Source of the DNA: Nevskiales bacterium
GTDB taxonomy: Bacteria; Pseudomonadota; Gammaproteobacteria; Nevskiales; JBOICV01
Direction of reading: 5' to 3'
DNA length: 64,000 bases
Assembly (NCBI GenBank): GCA_050740255.1
Contig: JBOICV010000051.1
Span: 7,118 to 71,117 of the forward strand
Shown: positions 54,389 through 64,000 of the stretch, piece after piece
Layout of the letters: the number at the start of each line of letters is the position of its first letter
Position numbering within the stretch: the stretch's first letter is position 1
Notes under the pieces: model-generated
The model's database searches: none
Told to the model about the DNA's origin: nothing
Seen by the model: the letters and a program-made list of their open reading frames with translations, nothing else
Translations under genes and position numbers: made by a program

Positions 54389-55456
54389 ATGTACAAATCC
54401 CTGCGCGCCCAGACCTTGCATTATTTCGCGCGCCCGCACGAGCGGGTGCCGAGCGAACCACTCAAGCTGCCGGCTGCCTGGCGCGGCGCGGAGATGCGCA
54501 AGCGGGGCGACTGGCGGGTGCAGCTCAGCACGGCAGAAATCCAGGAGCTGAAATCCGCCGTGCAGCACGCCCAGACGACCGGCAAACCCCTGGGCGAGTT
54601 AAGCAAACAGGACTTCCCTCTGCCGACGCTGGCGGCGCGCATTGACGCGTGGCGCCACGAAATCCGCCACGGCCGCGGCTTTGTATTGATTCGGGGCGTG
54701 CCGGTGCAGGACTGGAGCGATGCGCAGTCCTCGATCTGTTACTGGTGCTTCGGGCACTACCTCGGCATCCCGGGTGCGCAGAATCCGCAGGGTGACCTGC
54801 TTGGGCATGTGCGCGATCAGCAGACCAATGCCGACGTGCGCTTCTACCGCACCAATAAGAATATAGCCGTGCACTGCGACGCCGCGGATATTGTCGGCCT
54901 GCTCTGCCTGCAGCCGGCAAAAAGCGGCGGCCTGTCACGCATCGCGAGCTCGGTTGCGGTTTACAACGAACTGCTGCGCCGCAAACCACAGCTCGCACCC
55001 CGCTTATTCAAGCCGTTCTACTTCGACACCAAGGGTGAGGGCGGCATTAAGGCCTTCCCCATTGCACCCTGCGCCTATGCCGACGGCGAACTCCGGACGT
55101 TCTGGCAGAGCGACTATTACCGCAGCGCCTCGCAGCACAAGCATGTGCCGCAGCTCACCGGCGAGGAACAGGAACTGCTCGACGCTTACGACGCTATCGC
55201 CGAGTCCGAGGAGTTCTACCTCGACATGGAGTTGCAGCCGGGCGACATCCAGCTACTGTCCAACCACAGCATGCTGCACGCACGCACCGCCTTCGAGGAC
55301 TGGCCGGAGCCCGAGCGCCGCCGCCATCTGCTGCGGCTGTGGATATCGCTGCCGGAAAAACGCCCGCTCAAGACACGCCTGCAAATCGCGCAAAGCTGGG
55401 CCGGATTGTTCTACACCTCAACCAAGGAAATCCTGCGTAATCGGCTCGCGGCTTGA
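54389..55456 (+). CDS. TauD/TfdA-family Fe(II)/2-oxoglutarate dioxygenase
   Basis: HCD iron-binding motif (NIAVHCDAADIV) and distal LSNHSMLHARTAF. 355 aa. Confidence 0.8.
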   Translation: MYKSLRAQTLHYFARPHERVPSEPLKLPAAWRGAEMRKRGDWRVQLSTAEIQELKSAVQHAQTTGKPLGELSKQDFPLPTLAARIDAWRHEIRHGRGFVLIRGVPVQDWSDAQSSICYWCFGHYLGIPGAQNPQGDLLGHVRDQQTNADVRFYRTNKNIAVHCDAADIVGLLCLQPAKSGGLSRIASSVAVYNELLRRKPQLAPRLFKPFYFDTKGEGGIKAFPIAPCAYADGELRTFWQSDYYRSASQHKHVPQLTGEEQELLDAYDAIAESEEFYLDMELQPGDIQLLSNHSMLHARTAFEDWPEPERRRHLLRLWISLPEKRPLKTRLQIAQSWAGLFYTSTKEILRNRLAA

Positions 55457-55494
55457 AGGCTTTTCACGTCGAGGCTCATCGGCATCGTTATCTC

Positions 55495-56067
55495 TTATCG
55501 GGCGAGCCTTCCACTCGCCCTTTGAGGGATTTCTGCGAGTTCGCGCTCGCTCACTGTCCGCCACTCCGGCACCGGTACGCTCGGCGAGGCATTGACCAGA
55601 TGCAGCGTGGTGGCGGTAAAAGTCACATCCAGACGATTGCCCAGCGCGGTGGCGAGTTCCGGCTTGAGCGAGCCATGCGGATCGCCATACATCAGGCTCA
55701 GATGCGGCTCATACGGTTCGGGCGGGTTCATCTCGAAGACCTGGTGCGCCAGTCGCTTTGCCGTCGCCAGTTCGTCGCTCAATTCGACCGTTGCAAATAG
55801 GCAGCGGTAATACTCGTGGCGCCAGTCCAGCTTGCCCAAGCGCACCGTGAATGGCTGGATGCGCGCAGCCAGAGATTTCAGTTTCGATTCCGCATCAAGC
55901 AGCGTAGTCTCAATGCCGCCCAGCAAGGTCACATGCGCTTGTATTCGCGGGCCGCCGCCGCGCCGATGGACCTCGTTAATCGCTGTTTGAATCTGCTCGA
56001 GTGCGGCGCCGTTCGGCCGTATCCAGACCGCCGCGCGGATGATGTCGCTAATGTCGCGATGGGCCAT
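55495..56067 (-). CDS. 2H-phosphoesterase superfamily protein (LigT / cyclic phosphodiesterase-like)
   Basis: Two HxT/S motifs, HVTLLGG and HLSLMYG, at the spacing expected for the 2H fold. 190 aa. Confidence 0.7.
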   Translation of the reverse strand: MAHRDISDIIRAAVWIRPNGAALEQIQTAINEVHRRGGGPRIQAHVTLLGGIETTLLDAESKLKSLAARIQPFTVRLGKLDWRHEYYRCLFATVELSDELATAKRLAHQVFEMNPPEPYEPHLSLMYGDPHGSLKPELATALGNRLDVTFTATTLHLVNASPSVPVPEWRTVSERELAEIPQRASGRLAR

Positions 56068-56203
56068 GTTCGCCTCGGAAAGTCATAGGGTTTGACCTGC
56101 TTATGCCGCTAAGTATCCAGGCCAATGTCTTTTAATTCTGCGTCGGGCACATGTGGGCAGTTGCTCTGGTCGAACACTGCGCGTAGGGTAAATCGATGAT
56201 GTG

Positions 56204-56467
56204 AGGGGCTGTTGACCTACGTTTCACGCGAGCGACGGAGGCCCATTTTGCACAGGGCGCGAAACGAGGAGCGTTGCAATGACTCATTGTGAGCGACGAG
56301 TGACAAAGTCCTGTGCAAAAGGGGCCCCGTCCCTGCGGGTTGCGCCCCAAAACGCGCCATGCGGCGTTGCTCGCCTTGGCCATAGAGTCTATGACTCTGC
56401 GGCTCGCGCCTTGCCTGACACGTTTGGGGGCAGCAACGCACGTGCGAAACGTAGGTCAACAGCCCCT
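56204..56467. mobile_element. MITE-like non-coding element with 22-bp perfect terminal inverted repeats
   Basis: AGGGGCTGTTGACCTACGTTTC (56204-56225) is the exact reverse complement of 56446-56467. The interior holds nested complementary blocks (CCCATTTTGCACAGG / CCTGTGCAAAAGGGG) and no credible ORF. Confidence 0.5.
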
Positions 56468-56478
56468 TGGAGGCGACA

Positions 56479-56778
56479 ATGAAAATCCTCCAGGTTGTGC
56501 CGCGTAGAACGAACAAGAAAACCCTCAAGACCCAGTTGATCAACAAGGAGCGCGAGCTGCGCGGCCGCACCACCTTCCTGCGCAAGCGCGCCGGCCGGTG
56601 GCAACATTTGAAATATCCCGGCTGGATTGGCTGGGACGAGGCGAGCGGCGGCATTCTCATTGCGGAGATTCACAGCCGGGAGCCCGCAGAAGAGTGGAAG
56701 TTGCTGCAGTCCTTCATCGGCTATCTGGACCGCCATCTTTCCGACCAGATCGAAACCATTACCGTTTTTTACCGCTGA
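56479..56778 (+). CDS. hypothetical protein (99 aa)
   Basis: ATG at 56479, after GGAGG. G/C-rich third positions throughout. No recognisable motif. Confidence 0.55.
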   Translation: MKILQVVPRRTNKKTLKTQLINKERELRGRTTFLRKRAGRWQHLKYPGWIGWDEASGGILIAEIHSREPAEEWKLLQSFIGYLDRHLSDQIETITVFYR

Positions 56779-56800
56779 CGGTTCCGGCCTGGCGGCTCAG

Positions 56801-57214
56801 CTATTCCGCCGTTCGCAACACAGTCAATCTGGCATCCGCCAGCGCCGCGGTCCGATGCACGGTCGAAGCCTGGTAATCCGGCATCGCCAGCATGCTCAGG
56901 AATGCCTGCAGGCTGGGATAGCGCACCAGCAGCATCTCGTCCCAATCCTCACCTTCCGGTCCGATGAAACGCGCCAGCGCATCGAGCATCACCAGCGGTT
57001 GACCACCTACCGCGGCGACTTTCTTCACCGCCACCGCTGCGTAACGCTCGTAGGCTTCCTTGCCGGAGCAAGGCTTGACCTTCGCGTTTGGGGGATATGC
57101 AGCCTGCGGCCGATAGCGCAGCAGGTTCAGCATCGTCACCGGCGTATTGGCCGGCACGGTTTGCGCCAGGCGCTTGATGTCGGCGCCGGTAGGATCAACG
57201 GTTCGAATAATCAT
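56801..57214 (-). CDS. DUF1330-like (dimeric alpha/beta-barrel) protein
   Basis: VTMLNLLRYR...WDEMLLVRYPSLQAFLSMLAMPDYQ pattern, typical of DUF1330. Confidence 0.6.
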   Translation of the reverse strand: MIIRTVDPTGADIKRLAQTVPANTPVTMLNLLRYRPQAAYPPNAKVKPCSGKEAYERYAAVAVKKVAAVGGQPLVMLDALARFIGPEGEDWDEMLLVRYPSLQAFLSMLAMPDYQASTVHRTAALADARLTVLRTAE

Positions 57215-57285
57215 TGAAATGATATGGCAGGATGCGGGACTGCCAGTGTGCCAGCTTGGGATAAATTAGCGCTACTGTAAAAGAG

Positions 57286-58464
57286 ATGGGAACCGAAACC
57301 GAGGACAAGCAGCAACAGGACGCCGAGGCCGAGGCGAAGGAGCATGCGCGCGCCGCGGGCTTGCGCTACGTCTCCGATACCGACCCTGGCATCAAACGCT
57401 TGCGCGAGGGAGAAAAAACCTTCCGCTACGTCAGTCCGGACGAGCGCGAAATCGAGGATGAAGCTGAGCTGGCCCGCATCCGCAAACTGGCCATCCCGCC
57501 GGCCTACGAGGACGTCTGGATCTGCGTCAGCCCGCGCGGCCACCTGCAAGCCACCGGCCACGACGCGCGGCGGCGCAAGCAATACCGTTACCACCCCGAA
57601 TGGCGCGCCGCACGCGACAGCCACAAGTTCGACCGCATGGTCGAGTTCGGCGAAGCCCTGCCGCGTCTGCGCAAACGTCTGAAGAAAGACCTCGCGCTAA
57701 AAAGCCTGCCGCAGGAAAAAGTGCTGGCCGTGGTGGTGGCTTTGCTCGACAGCACGCTGGTGCGCATCGGCAACGTCGAATACGCGCGTGACAACAAGAG
57801 CTTCGGCCTGACCACGCTGCGCGACCGCCACGTCCGCTTCATCCGCGACGGTCGCGCCGTGATGCAGTTTCGCGGCAAGGGCGGCATTCCGCACGAGATC
57901 ACCATCAACGACCGGCGCCTCGCGCGCATCGTGCGCCATTGCCAGCAACTGCCCGGGCAGCACTTGTTCCAGTACATCGGCGACGACGGCGAGCACCACC
58001 AGATTGATTCCGATCAGGTCAACGACTACATCGCCGAGGCGATGGGCTCGGATTTCACCGCCAAGGATTTCCGCACCTGGGGCGCCACCGAGCGCGCCAT
58101 CGCGCTGATGAGCTGTACGCCGCTGCCGGAAAACGCCAGCGACAGCGCGCTCGCCGCCTGTATCGTCGCTACCGTGAAGGAAGTCGCCGCCGAACTGCGC
58201 AACACTCCCGCCGTGTGCCGCAAGTCTTACATCAACCCCGCCGTGTTCGAGGCCTGGCGCGAAGGCAAGCTGCACAAATTGGTCCGCGAGGATGTCACCA
58301 GCGCGCCGCGCAAAGCGGAAAAAGCCGCGCTTAAGTTCCTGCGCTGGCAGGCGCAACAGGCCTCGCGCGCCGCCAAGCGGCCGCCGCGTAAAACGAAACA
58401 GCGCCAGCAAGCTGCGCCAATCACGGCCGCAGCAAGCACGCCCGCCAATACTGAGGTGACGTAA
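57286..58464 (+). CDS. DNA topoisomerase IB (poxvirus-like bacterial type)
   Basis: GLRYVSDTDPGIKR, IPPAYEDVWI, GHDARRRKQYRYHP, TTLRDRHV, FRGKGG, FTAKDFRTWGAT and a C-terminal catalytic-Tyr region (CRKSYINP). Confidence 0.9.
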   Translation: MGTETEDKQQQDAEAEAKEHARAAGLRYVSDTDPGIKRLREGEKTFRYVSPDEREIEDEAELARIRKLAIPPAYEDVWICVSPRGHLQATGHDARRRKQYRYHPEWRAARDSHKFDRMVEFGEALPRLRKRLKKDLALKSLPQEKVLAVVVALLDSTLVRIGNVEYARDNKSFGLTTLRDRHVRFIRDGRAVMQFRGKGGIPHEITINDRRLARIVRHCQQLPGQHLFQYIGDDGEHHQIDSDQVNDYIAEAMGSDFTAKDFRTWGATERAIALMSCTPLPENASDSALAACIVATVKEVAAELRNTPAVCRKSYINPAVFEAWREGKLHKLVREDVTSAPRKAEKAALKFLRWQAQQASRAAKRPPRKTKQRQQAAPITAAASTPANTEVT

Positions 58465-58495
58465 CCCAGGGAAGTTCTGACTAAATTCTTCTTTA

Positions 58496-58622
58496 GTCAT
58501 TCCGGCGAAGGCCGGAATCCAGGAGACTCTCAAACATCCCTGTCACTGGATCCCGGCCAATCCCTGACCGGGATGACGTACTGGACACCTCCCGGCGAAA
58601 GCCGGGATCGCTACGGTGTGAC
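58496..58622. repeat. REP-like GC-rich hairpin cluster (family A)
   Basis: Three hairpins: ATTCCGGC-gaa-GCCGGAAT, ATCCCGG..CCGGGAT and TCCCGGC-gaaa-GCCGGGA. The first 27 nt nearly match 251-277. Confidence 0.6.
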
Positions 58623-58696
58623 GAATTGTTCAGAGTTTCTTGCGATTGATGCCCGCTGCAGCGCAGCCGCTGGCCTGCCTGTAAACTGCGCGCCCC

Positions 58697-60655
<1,959 letters not shown>

Positions 60656-60687
60656 GACAGCTGGAATTCTCCGAATGTCCGCTGTCA

Positions 60688-61233
60688 CTAATCCTCTGCA
60701 CGCAGCCGCGTCACGAATTCGCGATACTTTTCCAAACCGTTTTCTTCTGCCGCCCATCGTTCCACATCTTTCATGTTCACGGACTGACGCTTGGTAATCG
60801 CAACCGCCTGTTCAAGACTCTGCCTGTCATTCCAATGCACATACGCCGCAAGCCGGTCTTTGACTGAATCCGTCGGCGTCAGCAGCCTTACCGTCCCGTA
60901 TTTGGTCTGTCGCTCTGCAAAGCGGTGCAACACTTCCCGCCCTACCGTCGGCACACTTCCCGGAAACTCCACATGAAAAGGCGAATCGGGGTGTCTGAAG
61001 TGACGACCGTCTGCTTTCTTAAACCCCAAGCGGAGCATGGTTTTCCCGACAGCCTTCGCCATGCCCGGTACGATGAAATCCAGATCCCAGGATTCGAACT
61101 CATTTGCCGTATAAATGGAGACCACCGAGCCGCCGGTGAGAATCGCATCAATGCCGTCGGCCCGAAGCGCCTCCGCTACGATTGCAGCCACTTCCTCACG
61201 TGAAAGTCCCGGCCGTATGGCTGATTTCCTCAT
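60688..61233 (-). CDS. minimal nucleotidyltransferase-fold protein (candidate toxin/effector)
   Basis: A GGS-x13-DLD pattern (TGGSVVSIYTANEFESWDLDFIV) fits the NTase G[GS]-x9-13-Dh[DE]h signature. 181 aa. Its start overlaps the stop of the upstream wHTH gene by 1 nt. The region is A/T-richer by eye. Confidence 0.55.
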   Translation of the reverse strand: MRKSAIRPGLSREEVAAIVAEALRADGIDAILTGGSVVSIYTANEFESWDLDFIVPGMAKAVGKTMLRLGFKKADGRHFRHPDSPFHVEFPGSVPTVGREVLHRFAERQTKYGTVRLLTPTDSVKDRLAAYVHWNDRQSLEQAVAITKRQSVNMKDVERWAAEENGLEKYREFVTRLRAED

Positions 61234-61562
61234 TATTTGGGCTTTCCTGTCCTGCGCGGCCTGCGCCGCTGCATGAAGTACCGCCGGCGCTCCACCTCCG
61301 GCAGCAGTTCCACTGCTCTGGCCAACAAGGCTCTAAGTTCAGGTAACAGGGCATAGCGCGGATTCCATGAATAAATCCGTGTGCGCCCCTTGAGCTGACT
61401 GACCAGCACGCCCACCCGCTCCAAGCGGATTAACTGTTTATAAACTTCGCTGACCGATATCCCAAATGCCGTAGCCACTTCGCGGGCATAAGTCTCCCCG
61501 TAGCTCTGCATGTACAACAGAACCTTTTCCGCGGCAGCACTGCCAAACAGGTCGGCTATCAT
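61233..61562 (-). CDS. winged-helix (ArsR/MarR-like) DNA-binding protein (candidate antitoxin/regulator)
   Basis: YAREVATAFGISVSEVYKQLIRLERVGVLVSQLKGRTRIY HTH plus wing. Basic C-terminal tail. 109 aa. Confidence 0.65.
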   Translation of the reverse strand: MIADLFGSAAAEKVLLYMQSYGETYAREVATAFGISVSEVYKQLIRLERVGVLVSQLKGRTRIYSWNPRYALLPELRALLARAVELLPEVERRRYFMQRRRPRRTGKPK

Positions 61563-61581
61563 GTTCTATATTATAGAACAT
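61561..61581. promoter_or_regulatory. 21-bp palindrome at the wHTH gene start (candidate autoregulatory operator)
   Basis: ATGTTCTATA-T-TATAGAACAT overlaps the start codon. A further GAGAACAT half-site lies about 15 nt upstream. Confidence 0.4.
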
Positions 61582-61685
61582 ATGATCTATAAATGAGAAC
61601 ATATTAAATGTGGCGTGCTGGAATCGCTAGTTACCATTAACCGCACCGCGCGGCATTTCGTCCGCGTGGCGCGCTGCGACTCAAA

Positions 61686-62054
61686 TCAGCTTCCGCCAAA
61701 AATCGCCAGCAGCAGTAGCGCGTATCCCGTAACCGCAGCGGCCGCGTGGCCGACGACGAAGTGAATGGGCAGTGGCAGTTGCTTACGGTGAAACTGCAGA
61801 TTGATCGTTAAGCCACCGATTGCCGCCAGCACAAATAAACCCAGCGCGATCTGCGCCATCTTGGGTACCCCCACAGTAAATGCGGCGTAGGCCAGCAGCA
61901 CCACACCGGTCGCTGCCGCCAGTCCATGCCCGATCGGCATCCAGTCAGGCGGCCGCGGCGTACCGCGAAAACGCATCACCGCCATGGTCAGACCGCCAAG
62001 AGCTGCGAGCCCAAGCAGGATCGCTGCGTTCTGCATTGTTGCGAAGGTTTCCAT
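61686..62054 (-). CDS. small 4-TM membrane protein, unknown function
   Basis: I prefer the ATG at 62054, after GGAGGA (the track opens at the TTG at 62069). Four hydrophobic helices. G/C-rich, unlike its neighbours. Confidence 0.6.
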   Translation of the reverse strand: METFATMQNAAILLGLAALGGLTMAVMRFRGTPRPPDWMPIGHGLAAATGVVLLAYAAFTVGVPKMAQIALGLFVLAAIGGLTINLQFHRKQLPLPIHFVVGHAAAAVTGYALLLLAIFGGS

Positions 62055-62156
62055 TGTCAGTTCCTCCAATTTCTAAGCGTGATTGAAGTGGAACTTGCCG
62101 GGTACCACCTTGCCCAGCACTAGCCCAATAATAGCCAAAAAAGGCCGCCGTGTTTC

Positions 62157-64000
62157 TTAATCGTTAGCCAGGCGCATCGCTTGCACGATCCGTGTCGTCT
62201 CAATGCTCACCGTCGTCACGCGGGCAAGAAGTTCAATAACTTTTTCCTTGTAGTCCGCGAAACGGTAGGTGTTGAATTTCTCGCGGATGGTCGGGTCCTT
62301 GGGCGTCTTTTCCTTGTATTGGTCCAGCACCCACTCCAGCGCACTGCGGTTACCGAGCTTGTAGTCCCAGGCTTCGGACGGGATACCAGACAGTACAGTT
62401 TCACTGTCGAGCCGGATTGTCCCCGCATCCCTGTCGGCTTTGAGCATTGCCTTGGGTGTCACGGCCCCCTCTCCACGCTTGCCCTTTTTTCTCCCCTCCC
62501 CCGCCTGCGGGGGAGGGCTGGGTGGGGGCGTATCTGTGCGCTTCAGCCTGAATTGCTCAACCGATTCATAGCCGATGTGCAGGTCCATCAGCGCCTTGCC
62601 CCAGTCCGCCCACTGCCAGAAGTCGTCGTAGAACGGGATGCGCGGAAATTCGCGCTTGAGGTTCAGCGCGTATTTCTCGCGGTAGGCCGGGTTGTGCAGA
62701 ACGCCGTAGACATAATGGAAGATCGCTTCCTTGGTGACGGGGCGATCCTTCTTGCCGCGGCCGGGCTGGTAGTGCTTGCGGAACTTATCCAGTGCCCAGT
62801 CCGTCACGCCGGCATTTGGCTGCGAATCTAGCTCGCCGCCGCAAAACTCAATGACCACTGCAGCACTCGGGACAAAGAAATCCAGCGACGCTGGTGTTGA
62901 AGTCGCTATAGCACTAAAGTCGGAGCGTCCGCCCGTAGAGATCGCGATAAACCAACTCTTGGCAGGTTTATCAGGCTCAAAGCTTCTCAACACCCCTCTG
63001 CGATCAATAAATAGTTCCGAATCGTAAATTACACGGGTGCAAAAGGGACGGTACGCCAAAATCTTAACTTGCGCCGGATTGAGCGGCTCTGTTTTGCCCG
63101 CGCTGCGGTGTCGCTTAAGGGTCTCAGACCATTTAATGGCCGGGTCGTATCCATCGCTCGATGCTTCATAGTGCTGACTTAGCACGCGCACCTTTTTAAG
63201 CAGATGTTCCGTTTCGAAGTCGATCAACCAAGAATCCCGATTCGTCGAAACCCCTAAAGCCGAGGCCATCATGATCGAACGCGGATTTTTCTTTGAGCCC
63301 TTTGCTGGAACAAGCGTCAGGCTGCCGCCAAAGTCGCCCCCAAAACCGCCGAGCCATCGTCCTTGATCGTCAAGACTAATCGACTCCATCGCCAATTCGC
63401 TCAGCATTACTTTCGATAACAGAGCAAGTCTTTGATCCCGAGTTGGTTCACGTACTCGAACGTACCTAACTTGACGGCTCTTCTTTTGACGGTCGTCCCG
63501 CACTAGGAAGCAGATTGCTACGCCGATTTTTATTCCGAATACGTTCGCTTTAGCCTCGATCGCGTCCTGCCGAAGATCGCCGCCGAGATCCACGATGTAC
63601 GTGGCGTTGAACTCCTCTTCTATGCAACGCCTGAAACCATCGGCCTCTTTGGCATCCAGGAAATTTCTATTTGTGATGAATGCGATGATCCCTTGCTCGG
63701 CGATTCTGTCACTCGCCCACCGGTAAAAACGGCTGTACATGTCATAGCGTTTCGTTTTCGTGGCAGAGCTTCGATCGATGTAGGTTTCCTTGATGCGCTT
63801 GTCGATCTCCGGGTATTCGCGGTTCGTGTTGTTGTCGTTCTCGTTCGGTTGGTTCGAGTTGTACGGTGGGTTGCCGATGATGACGCTGATGGTCTTGCTG
63901 TTCTGGCGCTTGATGCGGCCTATGTTCTCGTCGCTGACAGAGCCGAATAGGTCATCCATATGCCCTCTGTGTTTGCGTAGCGCGCTGGTGTTGTCTAGCG
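62157..64000 (-). CDS. type ISP-like restriction/modification enzyme, methyltransferase plus C-terminal specificity part (5' end outside the window)
   Basis: N6-adenine MTase motif IV IGNPPYN. Type-ISP-C-like block YVYGVLHNPAYREKYALNLKREFPRIPFYDDF. The reading frame stays open upstream of the track's first Met through to position 64000. Confidence 0.8.
   Translation of the reverse strand, partial: LDNTSALRKHRGHMDDLFGSVSDENIGRIKRQNSKTISVIIGNPPYNSNQPNENDNNTNREYPEIDKRIKETYIDRSSATKTKRYDMYSRFYRWASDRIAEQGIIAFITNRNFLDAKEADGFRRCIEEEFNATYIVDLGGDLRQDAIEAKANVFGIKIGVAICFLVRDDRQKKSRQVRYVRVREPTRDQRLALLSKVMLSELAMESISLDDQGRWLGGFGGDFGGSLTLVPAKGSKKNPRSIMMASALGVSTNRDSWLIDFETEHLLKKVRVLSQHYEASSDGYDPAIKWSETLKRHRSAGKTEPLNPAQVKILAYRPFCTRVIYDSELFIDRRGVLRSFEPDKPAKSWFIAISTGGRSDFSAIATSTPASLDFFVPSAAVVIEFCGGELDSQPNAGVTDWALDKFRKHYQPGRGKKDRPVTKEAIFHYVYGVLHNPAYREKYALNLKREFPRIPFYDDFWQWADWGKALMDLHIGYESVEQFRLKRTDTPPPSPPPQAGEGRKKGKRGEGAVTPKAMLKADRDAGTIRLDSETVLSGIPSEAWDYKLGNRSALEWVLDQYKEKTPKDPTIREKFNTYRFADYKEKVIELLARVTTVSIETTRIVQAMRLAND
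62491..62528. repeat. GC-rich palindromic repeat (family P variant) inside the type ISP ORF
   Basis: CTCCCCTCCCCCGC-ct-GCGGGGGAGGG-ctg-GGTGGGGG, read in frame on the minus strand as PPPSPPPQAGEG. Confidence 0.6.

Noticed and set aside
56204-56467. Retron msr/msd, a c-di-GMP-I riboswitch or type III antitoxin RNA as explanations for the structured 264-bp element
   Set aside because: No reverse transcriptase gene follows. The resemblance to the GEMM-I core (GCACAGGGC...) is limited to a few nucleotides and lacks the paired tetraloop/receptor architecture. There are no tandem direct repeats as in ToxI-type RNAs.

Overview
High-GC (by eye) proteobacterial chromosomal segment, most likely gamma- or betaproteobacterial. 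It is mostly backbone and metabolic genes. Recognisable genes include pmbA, a glrK-qseG-glrR-type three-gene signalling module, mpl, rnd, adk, PPi-dependent phosphofructokinase, H+-pyrophosphatase, ppa, hrpB, two L,D-transpeptidases, WS/DGAT with an SDR, a CDF transporter, ferredoxin-NADP reductase, LysR-azoR-DoxX-pirin, TetR with an acyl-CoA dehydrogenase and a TauD-type dioxygenase, topoisomerase IB and an ABC-F ATPase. Small accessory islets interrupt this backbone: (i) an AsnC-controlled cluster of D-aminoacylase, TonB-dependent receptor, rifampicin-phosphotransferase-like kinase and an unknown protein, which abuts a decayed ABC ATPase gene; (ii) an A/T-richer vapBC islet between hppA and ppa; (iii) an A/T-richer 3' end carrying a wHTH plus minimal-nucleotidyltransferase pair and a truncated type ISP-like restriction/modification gene. 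The observations most worth follow-up are these. A sigma54 promoter with GlrR-type TGTC-N10-GACA boxes drives a ~75-nt terminated transcript just downstream of glrR, a candidate new sRNA or attenuated leader. A tightly coupled three-gene operon ends in a eukaryote-like protein arginine methyltransferase homologue that retains the double-E and THW loops. A GC-rich palindromic repeat is inserted in frame three times inside coding sequences, twice in the ABC-F gene. A 264-bp MITE-like element has 22-bp perfect terminal inverted repeats. I found no rRNA, tRNA or CRISPR array. Family assignments come from motif recognition by eye, not from database searches.
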